From assembly GCA_030390025.1 (NCBI GenBank), contig JASTWF010000340.1:62001-126000 (forward strand): a stretch of DNA of 64,000 nucleotides. The letters are read 5' to 3'. Shown here one piece after another: positions 37,201 through 48,024 of this stretch. Each line of letters begins with the position of its first letter. The stretch's first letter is position 1. The notes under the pieces were generated by a model. That model was not told where the DNA came from. It worked only from the letters and a program-made list of their open reading frames with translations, and made no database searches. Position numbers and translations under genes: made by a program. The stretch is from Squalus acanthias (taxonomy: Eukaryota).

Positions 37201-37432
37201 TTTCTACTCTTTGAATTACCACATCTTCCCAGATTTGATCCCCAATATTTAGTTGAAAGCCCTCTCTACCGACCTAGTTATATGACTCGCCAGAACACTG
37301 GTCCCAGCACGGTTCAGGTGAAGACCAACCCAACGGTACAGATCCCACTTTCCCCAGTAATGGGGCTAGTGCCCCAGGAAGCGAAACCAATTTCTCCCAT
37401 ACCAGTCTTTGAGCTACGCATTCATCTCTCTA
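34207..37432 (-). mobile_element. CR1 LINE, end of ORF1 through 3' tail, inactivated
   Basis: LYLNARSIRNK...AITETWL, LGRSDHN, DKSPGPDGLHPRVLKE, YLDFQKAFDKVPH, KFADD; tail at 34207-34225. Confidence 0.95.
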
Positions 37433-40400
37433 ATTTGATGGAACAGGGTAGAGGGAGCTTTACTCCGTATCTAAACCGTGCTGTACCTGGCCTGGAAGTG
37501 TTTGATGTGTATTTGTAGAGGGAGCTTTACTCTGTACCCAACCCGTGCTGTACCTGCCCTGGGAGTATTTAATGCGACAGTGATGAGGGAGCTTTATCTG
37601 TATCTAACCCGTGCTGTACCTGCCCTGGGAGTATTTAATGCGACAGTGATGAAGGAGCTTTACTCTATCAAAACAGTGCTGTAAATGCCATGGGGCTGTT
37701 TGATGGCACAATGTGAAGGGAGCTTTACTCTGTATCCAACCCGGGCTGTACCTGCCCTGGAAATGTTTGATGTCAGTGTCCAGCAAGATTTACTCTGCAT
37801 CTAAACTGTTCTGTAACTGCCCTGGAGGTTTTTGATAGGACAGTGTAAAGGGAGCTTTACTCTGTACCTAACCCATGCACTACTTGCCCTGTGAGTGTTT
37901 GATGGGACAGTGTAGAGGGAGCTTTACTTGGTATCTAACGCGGTCTTTACCTGCCTGAGAAAGTTTGATGGGTCAGTGTAGAGGAAGCTTTACTCTGTGT
38001 CTTACCTGAGCTGTAGCTGGCCTGGCAGTGTTTGATGGGATAGTATAGAGGGAGCTTTATTCGTTATCTAACCTGTGCTGTACCTACCCTGGGATTGTAT
38101 GATGGGATTCTGTAGAGGTATCTTAAATCTGCATCTAACCCGTGCTGTACCTGGCCTGGGAGTATTTGATGGGTCTTTGTAAAGGCAGCTTAACTCTGTA
38201 CCTAACCCGTGCACGACCTGCCCTGCGAGTGTTTGATGGGGCAGCGTAGAGGGAGCTTTATTCTATATCTAACCATTGCAGTACCTGCCCTGGGAGTGTT
38301 TGATGGGTCTTTGTAGAGGGAGCTTTACTTTGCATCAATCCCTGTGCTGTACCTGCCCTGTGAGTGTTCGATAGGTCTTTGTAGAAGGAGCTTTACTCTG
38401 TACCTAACCCGTGCACTACCTGCCCTGTGAGTATTTAATGCGACAGTGATGAGGGAGCTTTACTCTATCAAAACAGTGCTGTACATGCCATGGGGCTGTT
38501 TGATGGCACAATGTGAAGGGAGCTTTACTCTGTATCCAACCCCGGCTGTACCTGCCCTGGAAATGTTTGATGTCAGTGTCCAGCAAGATTTACTCTACAT
38601 CTAAACTGTTCTGTAACTGCCCTGGAGGTTTTTGATAGGAGAGTGTAAAGGGAGCTTTAATCTGTACCTAACCCATGCACTACTTGCCTTGCGAGTGTTA
38701 GATGCGACAGTGAAGATGGAGTTTTACTCTATATCTAACCTGTGCTGTACTTGCCTTGCGAGTGTTTGATGGGACAGTGTATAGGGAGCTTTATTCGGTA
38801 TCTAACGCGGACTGTACCTGCCTGAGAAAGTTTGATGGGTCAGTGTCGAGGAAGCTTTACTCTGTATCTTACCTGAGCTGTAGCTGGCCTGGCACTGTTT
38901 GATGGGATAGTATAGAGGGAGCTTTATTCGGTATCTAACCTGTGCTGTACCTACCCTGGGATTGTATGATGGGATTCTGTAGAGGTATCTTAAATCTGCA
39001 TCTTACCCGTGCTGTACCTGGCCTGGAAGTATTTGATGGGTCTTTGTAAAGGCAGCTTTACTCTGTACCTAACCCGTGCACTACCTGCCCTGCGAGTGTT
39101 TGATGGGACAGTGTAGAGGGAGCTTTACTCTGTAACTAACCCATGCACTAACTGCACAGCGAGTGTTTGATCGGACAGTGTGGAGGGAGCTTTATTCTAT
39201 ATCTAACCATTGCAGTACCTGCCCTGGGAGTGTTTGATGGGACAGTGTAGAGGGAACTTTACTCTGTAACTAACCCATGCACTAACTGCCCAGCGAGTGT
39301 TTGATGGGACAGTGTAGAGGGAGCTTTATTCTATATCTAACCATTGCAGTACCTGCCCTGGGAGTGTATGATGGGATTCTGTGGAGGGATCTTTACTCTG
39401 CATCTTACCTGTGCTGTACCTGTCCTGGGAATGTTTGATGTGATAGTATACAGGGAGCTTTACTAGTATCTAACCCGTGCTGTACCTGCCCTGGGAGTGT
39501 TTGATGGGGCAGTGTAGAGGGAGCTTTACTCTGTATCTAATCCGTGCTGTACCTGACCTGGGATTGTTTGATGCAACAGTGTAGAGGCAGCTTTACTCTG
39601 CATCTTACCCGTGCAGTACCAGGCCTGGGAGTGTTTGATGTGATAGTATACAAGGAACTTTACTCTGTACCTAACCCATGCACTAACTGCCCTGCGAGTG
39701 TTTGATGGGACAGTGCAGTGGGAGCTTTACTCTATATCTAACCATTGCTGTACCTGCCCTGGGCGTGTTTGATGGGATTCTGTAGAGGGATCTTTACTCT
39801 GCATATAACCCGTGCTGTAACTGGCCTGAGAGTGTTTGATGCAACAGTGTAGAGGCAACCTTACTCTGTATCTTACCTGTGCTGTACCTGACCTGGGAGT
39901 GTTTGATGGGATAATATAGAGGGAGCTTTATTCGGTATGTAACCCGGGCTGTACTTGCCTGGGACAGTTAGATGGGACAGAGTAGAGGAAGCTTTACTCT
40001 GTATCTTACCCTGTGCTGTAGCTGCCCTGGGAGTGTTTGATGGGTCCTTTTAGAATGATCTTTACTCTGCAGCTAAACTGTGATATACCTGCCCTGACAG
40101 GTATTGAAACGACAGTGTAGAGGGAGCTTTACTCAGTATCTAACCCGTGCTGTATCTGCCCTGGGAGTCATTGATCGGAAAGTGTAGAGGAAGATTTACT
40201 CTGTATCTTACTTGCACTGTACCTGACATGTGAGTGTTTGATGGGAGCTTTACTCTGTATCTGAACCTTGCTGTACCTGCCCTGGGAGTGTTTGACGGCC
40301 AGTGTATTGTGCGCTTTACTGTATATCTAACCCATGCTGTACCTAACCTGCGAGTGTTTGATGGGACAGTGCAGAGGGATCTTTACTAAGTATCTAACAA

Positions 40401-40450
40401 ATGCTGTACCTGCACTGGGACTGTTTGATGGGACAGTGTAGTGGGAGCCT
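37433..40450 (-). repeat. 67 bp tandem repeat, diverged, ~45 copies, opposite orientation to the other blocks
   Basis: Unit gtgtagagggagctttactctgtatctaacccgtgctgtacctgccctgggagtgtttgatgggaca. A multi-monomer block at ~37630-38350 recurs at ~38430-39100. Confidence 0.95.
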
Positions 40451-40780
40451 CATAACTCTTTATAAAGTTAGAATCATTAATAATCATTTACAAAAGGTGT
40501 ACAACGGGTTATTGAGGATTATAATGATTTATAAAGGGTCATGTCCCTTTATCATATTTTGCATCACTTTGTACCCCATTCAAATCCCTTTATAATCCTT
40601 TGTCAATCATTATAACAATTTATAAGCCTTTGTCGATCATAACCACCCTTTATATTCCTTAACCATTCATCATAACCCTTTATATTCTATTATCAACCTT
40701 TATATATCATTATAATACTTTATATTCATTTATAATAATTTATAATCCAGCATAATCGTTTATAACCCTTTATAAAGCAT
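40450..40780. repeat. AT-rich low-complexity (ttataa-rich) tract
   Basis: Repeated ttataa/ttatat words. Confidence 0.7.
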
Positions 40781-40784
40781 CAGG

Positions 40785-41845
40785 ATACAGCGTAGGGATA
40801 ATGGGTAGGTACTCAAATTGGCAGGATGTGACTCCTGGTGTCCGGCAGGGCTGTGTTTTGGGGCCTCAGCTTTTCACAATATTTATTAATGACTTAGGTG
40901 ATGTCATAGAAAGTCATATACACAAATTTGCCGATGTCACAAAGATAGGCAGCATTGTAGGCAGTGTAGGTGAAACCATAAAATTACAAAGGGATATTGA
41001 CAGATTGAGGGAATGGGCAAAACTATGGCAAATGGATTTCAATGTAAGCAAATGTGAGGGCAATCACTTTGGACCCTGAAAGGATAGAACAGGTTACTTT
41101 CTAAATGGTGAGAAGCTAAAAAGAGTGGATGTCCAAAGAGACTTGGGGGGTCCAGATACATAGATCATTAAAATGTCATGGACAGGTACAGAAAATAATC
41201 AAAAAGGCTCATGGAAAGCTGGTCTTTATATCTAAAGGACTAGATTACAAGAGGTAGAAGTTATTCTGCAGCTATACAAAACCCTGGTTAGACCACACCT
41301 GGAGTACTGTGAGCAGTTCTGGGCTCCACACCTTAGGAAGGATATATTGGCCTTGGAGGGAGTGCAGCGCAGGTTTACCAGAATGATACCCAGCCTTCAA
41401 GGGTTAAGTTACGAGGAGAGATTACACAAATTAGGGTTCTATTCCCTAGAATTTAGAAGGTTAAGGGGTGATCTGAGCGAAGTTTTCAGGATATTAAGGG
41501 GAACAGATAGAGTAGATAGCGAGAAACTATTTCCATTGGTGGGGATACTAGGACAGGAGGCACAGTCTAAGAATTAGAGGCAGTCCTTTCAGGAGTGAAA
41601 TTAGGAAACACTTCGACACACAATGTGGTAGAAATTTGGAACTCTCTTCCACAAACGGAAGTGGATGCTAGATAAATTGTTAATTTTAAATCGGAGATTT
41701 ATTGCTTTTTGTTAACCAAAGGTATGAAGGGATATGGGCCAAAGGTGGGTTTATGGAGTTAGATAGCAGATCAGTCAATGATCGCATTGAATGGGGCAAC
41801 AGGCTCGAGGGGCTGAATGGCCGACTCCTTTTCCTATGTTCCTCA
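40785..41845 (+). mobile_element. CR1 RT 3' fragment
   Basis: GVRQGCVLGPQLFTIFINDL, KFADVTKIG, LEGVQRRFTRMIP. Confidence 0.9.
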
Positions 41846-41944
41846 GTGTAGGATCCGTTGACTTGTTAGCCCTCCCCAAATGCATCACCTCACACTTCTC
41901 CGGATTGAATTCCATTTGCCACAATCTTCCTGCATGCAGCATGA

Positions 41945-42660
41945 GTTATACACAGAGTAAAGCTCCCTTTACACTGCCCAATGAAATAGTCCAATAGTCC
42001 AAGGGCAGGTATAGCACAGGTTAGATCGAGAGATACAGAGTAAAGCTCCCTTTACACTGCCCAATCAAACAGTCCAAGGGCAGGTATAGCACGGGTTAGA
42101 TAGAGAGATACAGAGTAAAGCTCCCTTTACACTGCCCAATCAAACAGTCCAAGGGCAGGTATAGCACTGGTTAGATCGAGAGATAGAGAGTAAAGCTCCT
42201 TTTACACTACCCACTCAAATAGTCCAAGGGCAGGTATAGCACCGGTTAGATAGAGAGATACAGAGTAAAGCTCCCTTTGCACTGCCCAATCAAACAGTCC
42301 AAGGGCAGGTATAGCACCGGTTAGATAGAGAGATACAGAGTAAAGCTCCCTTTACACTGTCCAATCAATCAAACAGTCCAAGGGCAGGTATAGCACGGGT
42401 TAGACAGAGAGATACAGAGTAAAGCTCCCTTTACACTGCCCAATCAAACAGTCCAAGTGCAGGTACAGCACGGGTGAGATAGAGAGATACAGAATAAAGC
42501 TCCCTTTAAACTGACCAATCAAACAGTCCAAGGGCAGGTATAGCACGGGTTAGATCGAGAGATACAGAGTAAAGCACCTCTTACACTGTCCAATCAAACA
42601 GTCCAAGGGCACGAACAGCACGGGTTAGATAGAGAGATACAGACTAAACCTTCCTCTGCC
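41945..42660 (+). repeat. 75 bp variant of the 67 bp repeat, ~9 copies
   Basis: taaagctcc recurs at 42041, 42116 and 42191; there is an extra 8 nt duplication agat[a/c]gag. Confidence 0.93.
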
Positions 42661-43000
42661 CTGTCCACTCAAACACTCGCAGAGCAGGTACAGCGCGGGT
42701 GACATGCAAACTCCCTCTAATACAGCATGTGCAGCGTACAGCTCCCTTGACACTACCCAATGAAGCACAACCAGCTCGGCTACAGCATGGGATGAATACA
42801 GAATAAAGATCTCACTACATGCAAGTGTCAAACACTCCCGGGTGAGGTATGGGCAAGGTTTATCTACGAGTTAAGCTCCGCTCAACTTGCCACACCAAAG
42901 GCCGAGCCTGATGGCAGATGTTGAACAGCTCCCAGTATCTGGTTAGACTCTCACCTCAGCAAAATCCTGGACTGATGGGATTCTCAGTAAAGTTCCTCAC

Positions 43001-43580
43001 CTTTCCAATCATTGTTGAAGCTTCCCGTTTTATCCCATCTCCGACACTGGGGTTCTCGATCCCGCCGGATCTGCTCTGTGAACCCAGCGACATTTCTCTA
43101 GTCCCAGTCAGTGAGGCGATGATTCGACTTCTCTCTCTCCACCTTCCTGAGATATTGCTCACTCCCAGAGACTGTCAATAGAAAAATGATTCATATTAAT
43201 TCCAGAATACAGGGGGAGCATTTTTGTGACCATAATTATATTCAATTTGATTATTTTTGCTATTGATCAGTGTGTTTGAATTACTTACTTTAATAATGAA
43301 TAGCTCTTTTCTGTCCATTGCCCTATTTATTCGGACTAACCTCACCCCCAGTGTCAGCTGTCACTCCAGCTCCTCCCACACCGACATCCCACTGATGGGC
43401 CGTAACCAGGGCCGGGGCCCTGTCTCCAGGTGACATCACACAGCAGCTCGGAACGATGTCACAAAGAGGCCGGAGCACCTCCCACTCGAGGTGTCACAGG
43501 GTCACATTGACCAGGCTCTGCTCCTGGTGTGCAGTCTCAGTGGGCATGAACACAGGGTGTACAATCAGCCCCGTCTCCGT
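43001..43580 (-). other. Putative two-exon module, copy B (upstream exon ends 43346; exon 43171-43001, 171 nt, ATG 43093)
   Basis: Same splice signals as copy A; ATG to donor is 31 codons, MSLGSQSRSGGIENPSVGDGIKREASTMIGK. Confidence 0.5.
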
Positions 43581-43819
43581 GATTGAACCGGGATCCTGCC
43601 CTGCATCTCTCCCGAGTTTTATTTCCATCGGTGTAAAATGGATGGCTGATTCACAATTACCCGGTTTGTACTATAGCACCTACAAAACGTCAAACTCTAC
43701 CCCAGTATTTCTTTCCTTCTCTACGTATCAGCTCCGTCACTGTCTCTGCCTCTCTCTCTCTCTCTCTCCACAGGGAGGGATCCGTTTGGGGCTGGGATCA
43801 TACTGTGCGGAAAAGACCA

Positions 43820-44092
43820 GAATATCAGTCAGTCTCTCTTCCTGCTCCCACATCGTTACCTCTGGTGTCCCCCAAGGATCTCTCCTTGCCTCCCCTCCTA
43901 TTTCTCATCCACATGTTGCCCCTTGGTGACATCATCCAGAAACACAGTCAGTTTCCACTTGTACGCTGACGACACCCATCTCTAACTCACTACCTCTTCT
44001 CTCTTCCCCTCCACGGTGTCTAAATTTTTAGACTGCTTGACCGACATGAGCAAAAGTTTCTCCAAGTAAATATTGGGAAGACCGAAGCCATT
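43820..44092 (+). mobile_element. L2 RT fragment (paralogous to 63435-63715)
   Basis: IVTSGVPQGSLL, FHLYADDTHL, LNIGKTEA. Confidence 0.85.
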
Positions 44093-44470
44093 AATCCCAG
44101 AATATAGGGGGGGCATTTGTGTGACCAAATTTATATTCAATGTGATTATTTTTGCAATTAATGAGTGTTTGAATTACTAACTTTATTATATTGTTCTATT
44201 CTGTCCATTGCCCTGTTTATTGGGAAAACTCACTCCCAGTGTCAGCTGTCACTCCAGCTCCTCCCACACTGACATCCCACTGATGGGCCGTAACCAGGGG
44301 CGGGGCACTGTCTCCAGGTGACATCACACAGCAGCAAGGAGCGAAGTCACAAAGCAGCCGGAGCCCCTCCCACTCGAGGTGTCACAGGGTCACATTGACC
44401 AGGCTCTGCTCCTGGTGTGCAGTCTCACTGGGCATGAACACAGGGTGTACAATCAGCCCCGTCTCCGACG
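44092..44470 (-). repeat. Partial fourth copy of the module (intron and upstream exon only)
   Basis: Matches 43195-43580; donor GTGAGT at 44233. Confidence 0.85.
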
Positions 44471-44484
44471 CCGCTCCCCTCATA

Positions 44485-44832
44485 TGATGCGTACTGCTCC
44501 AACAACACTCAAGAAGCTCGACACCATCCAGGACAAAGCAGCCCGCTTGATTCACAACCCATCCACATACCTTACACATTCGCTCCCTCCACCACCGGTG
44601 TACCGTGGCTGCAGTGTGTACCATCTACAAGATGCACTGCAGCAACTTGCCAAGGCATCTTCGCCAGCACCACCCAAACCCGCAACCTCTTCCACCGAGA
44701 AGGACAAGGGCAGCAGACGCATGGGAACCCCACCACCTCCAGGTTCCCCTCGAAGTCACACACCATCCTGACTTGGAAGGATATCGCCAATCCTTCCTCG
44801 TTGCTGCTTGAAAATCCTAGAACTCCCTACCT
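44485..44832 (+). mobile_element. 3' fragment of the second CR1-group family (as 17325-18030)
   Basis: APTTLKKLDTIQDKAARLI, AAVCTIYKMHCSNLPR.LRQH.PNP. Confidence 0.85.
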
Positions 44833-44834
44833 GG

Positions 44835-46625
44835 AAAGGACAAAGACATCTGGGGAGGTGTGATCGGCAGAGAGGGGGTAGGGACAGTCAACTCCAATGG
44901 TATCCTCCTCCTGACGAAATGCTAAGAACATGGCCTCGTCATAACCAACACCTTGTTCCGTCAGAGAGACAAGTAAAAGGCTTCATGGCAGCACCCTCGC
45001 TCCAAGCACTGGTATCTGTTGGACTACGTCATCGCCCGAGCGAGGGACCGCAAGGACGTCCGCATCACCTGTGCCATGACAGGAACTGACGACTGCTGGA
45101 CAGCCCACTGCCTAATCCGCTCTGTCATCTCCATCAACGTAGCCCCAATACGGCGGCGGCAACAGATGTAATGCCGCAGGAAAATCAACGCTGGAGCACT
45201 CAAAGACCCTGCTATGAAAGCCCTATTCAGCCTGCGCCTCACAACCAACCTGACGACTCCCAGTGATTCAGAGACACAGAGTGTCCACAGCGCCTGGTCT
45301 GCACTCAAGGCCTCCATAATCAGCACCTGTGAAGAGACGCTCGGTCACTCGACCAGGAAAAATCAAGACTGGTTCAACAAGAACGACCAGGAGATCCAGG
45401 AGCTAATAAGCCGCAAGGGCAAGGCATTGCTGATCTGGAAACAGTAACAGAACTCGAGAGCCAGAAAGCAGCTCTACAGACATTGAAGGCCGAGGTCCAA
45501 CAAAAAACTCGCGACCTAAGAACAGATGGTGGATGGAGAAAGCGCAGGAGATCCAGCAGCGAGCCGACAACCACGACATACGTGGATTCTTTAGCGCATT
45601 CAAGACCACCTACTGCCCAAGCACCCATGGTCCTACCCCACTGCGGGCTAAGAATGGAGAGGTACTCATCAAGGACAGAGAGGCAGACAATGCCCGCTGG
45701 AAGGAGCACTTCGAAGATCTCCTTAACCGAAATTCTGTCTTCGATGCGAGTGTCCTCAACTCCATCCCGCAGCATGCTGCCCGCAACCACCTCAGCACAA
45801 CCTCAGTCCGGCATGAGGTTGAAAAGGTCATCCGACAACTGAAGAACAACAAGGCCTCAGGAGCAGATGGAATCCCCGCCGAGGCGCTAAAACATGGTGA
45901 AGAAGTACTATTGGCGCGAATACATGAACTCATTTCTCTTATTTGGAAGGAGGAGAGCATGCCAGGGGATCTCAGAGATGCCGTAATCGTGACCATCTTC
46001 AAGAAAGGTGACAAGTCTGATTGTGGTAATTACAGAGCAGTCTCCCTGCTGTCTGCCACAGGGAAAGTCATCGCAAGAATCCTCCTCAATCGCCTTCTCC
46101 CAATGGCTGAAGAGCTTTTCCCAGAGACGCAATGCGGATTACGCCCACTAATGGGCACAATGAACATGATCTTCACCGCGCGTCAACTACAAGAGAAATG
46201 CAGGGAACAGCACCAACCACTGTACATGGTCTTCTTTGACCTCATAAAGGCCTTCGACAACATCAACCGTGAGGGATTATGGAGTATCCTCCTCAAATTC
46301 AGCTGCCCTCAAAAGTTTGTCACCATCCTCCGCCTGCTTCACGACAACATTCAAGCTGTAATCCTGACAAACAGATCCACCATAGACCCAATTCATGTAC
46401 GGACCGGGGTCAAGCAAGGCTGTGTCATCGCAACAACGCTCTTCTCGTTCTTCCTGGCTGCAATGCTCCATCTCACGTTCAGTAAGCTCCCCCCGGAGTG
46501 GAGCTAATCCACAGAACAAATGGGAAACTTTTCAAACTCCATCGCCTCCAGTCCAGATCCAAGGTCGTTCCATCCTCTGTCATCGAATTACAGTATGCAG
46601 ACGACACTTGCATCTGTGCTCACTC
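44835..46625 (+). mobile_element. RTE-clade LINE fragment (endonuclease end to RT YADD), disrupted
   Basis: 325-codon ORF 45533-46507: KASGADGIPAEALK, DAVIVTIFKKGDKSDCGNYR.VSLLS, MIFTARQLQEKCREQ, GVKQGCVIA. ELQYADD at ~46585-46605 follows a frameshift. Confidence 0.92.
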
Positions 46626-46659
46626 ATCCTCGTTTCCGAGGGACTGCCTAAGAAGAAGA

Positions 46660-46800
46660 CTCTGTGACTCCATCTGTGGAGTCCCTAAGTATAGACCCAC
46701 TCTGTGACTCCATCTGTGGAGTCCCTCAGTATAGAACCACTCTGTGACTCCATCTGTGGAGTCCCTAAGTATAGAGCCACTCTGTGACACCCTCTGTGTG
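46660..46800. repeat. 40 bp minisatellite, ~3.5 copies
   Basis: Unit tctgtgactccatctgtggagtccctaagtatagacccac. Confidence 0.9.
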
Positions 46801-47049
46801 AGTGTGCAATTCATTCTGTTTCTGTCAGTCTCTGATACTGTGGGATCCCTTGCCTTGTCAGCCCTTCCGAAATGCATGAACTCACAATTCTCCAGATTGA
46901 ATCCGATTTGCCCCTTTTCTGTACAACTGACCAGTCCAGTGATTTCTTCCTGCATATGTAAGGCCTCCCTGAAAGATTGTATCTCTGCAGACAAATTGCT
47001 TTCGGTGTTTATATACTGTGATATATTGTAGATTCTCTCATTGTAACTC

Positions 47050-47085
47050 TACCTGACGAAGGGGCAACAGCTCCGAAAGCTTGTA
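47050..47085 (+). ncRNA. Minimal type I hammerhead ribozyme in a Penelope-type terminal fragment (to ~47132)
   Basis: TAC-CTGACGA-A-GGGGC-AACA-GCTCC-GAAA-GC-TT-GTA. The core CUGANGA/GAAA is intact, stem I is TAC/GTA, stem II is 5 bp with one G-U pair, and AAGCTT is palindromic. Confidence 0.7.
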
Positions 47086-47137
47086 ATTTTAAATAAATCT
47101 GTTGGACTATAACATGGTGTTGTGCGACTTCTCATTT

Positions 47138-47422
47138 TTAAGGATAAGGGGTAAGACATTTAGGACAGAAATGAGGAGGAATTTCTTCACCCAGAGACTG
47201 GTGAACCTGTGGAATTCTCTACCACAGCAGGCAGTTGAGGCCAATTCATTAAATATATTCAAGAAGGAGTTGGATATATTTCTTAAGGCTAAAGGGATCA
47301 AGGGATATGGGGAGAAAGCAGGGACAGGGTTCTAAATATGGATGATCAGCCATGATCGCATTGAATGGTGAAGCAGGCTCGAGGGGCCGAATGGCCTTCT
47401 CCTGCTCCTATCTTCTCTGTTT
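47138..47422 (+). mobile_element. CR1 3' end fragment
   Basis: LRIRGKTFRTEMRRNFFTQRLVNLWNSLPQ and a 3' UTR with cctgctcctat. Confidence 0.9.
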
Positions 47423-47429
47423 CTCCCAC

Positions 47430-47800
47430 TCTACAATACAGAGCTCCCTGTACATTACTCCGAAAGTGTACCCCCACTTTATACCCAGTGTCAGCAACGT
47501 GCACTCCCAGGGCAGGTACAGTACAGAGCTCCCTCTACATTACCCTGAGAGTGTACCCCCACTTTACACCCAGTGTCTGCATCGTGCATTCCCAGGGCAT
47601 GTACAATACAGAGCTACCGCTACATTACCCTGACAGTGTCCCCCCACTTTATACCCAGCGTCAGCATCGTGCATTCCCGGGGAAGGTACAATACAGAGCT
47701 CCCTCTACATTACCCTGACACTGTACCCCCACTTTATACCCAGTGTCAGCATCGTGCACACCCTGGGCAGGTATAATACGGAGCTCCCTCTACATTTCAC
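47430..47800 (+). repeat. 85 bp tandem repeat related to the 67 bp family, ~4.3 copies
   Basis: gagct recurs at 47441, 47526, 47611, 47696 and 47781; shares cagagctccctctaca and cccagggcaggtaca. Confidence 0.88.
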
Positions 47801-48024
47801 TGACATTACCACAGTTACTCCCTCCCGCTCCATACCATTTCTGTTCCTGACTCTGCTCCAGCTCGGGTTCCACAGCCACAGTTCCTCTGCCGTTTGTTCC
47901 AGGTATTCCAGGATCCACGTTGCTGGACAGGTCACAGCGGGGTCTAAGGTTAGAGGAAGATTCAGAGGTCACACACCATTTAAAGTGAAACAGTCAGAGC
48001 GGCCGTAATCATCCGCAGGACCTT

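Noticed and set aside
42918..43181. Plus-strand ORF MLNSSQYLVRLSPQQ... repeated at 33590 and 62533
   Set aside because: No recognisable domain, and it is truncated in copy A. The splice signals all point to the minus strand, and its recurrence is explained by the segmental duplication.
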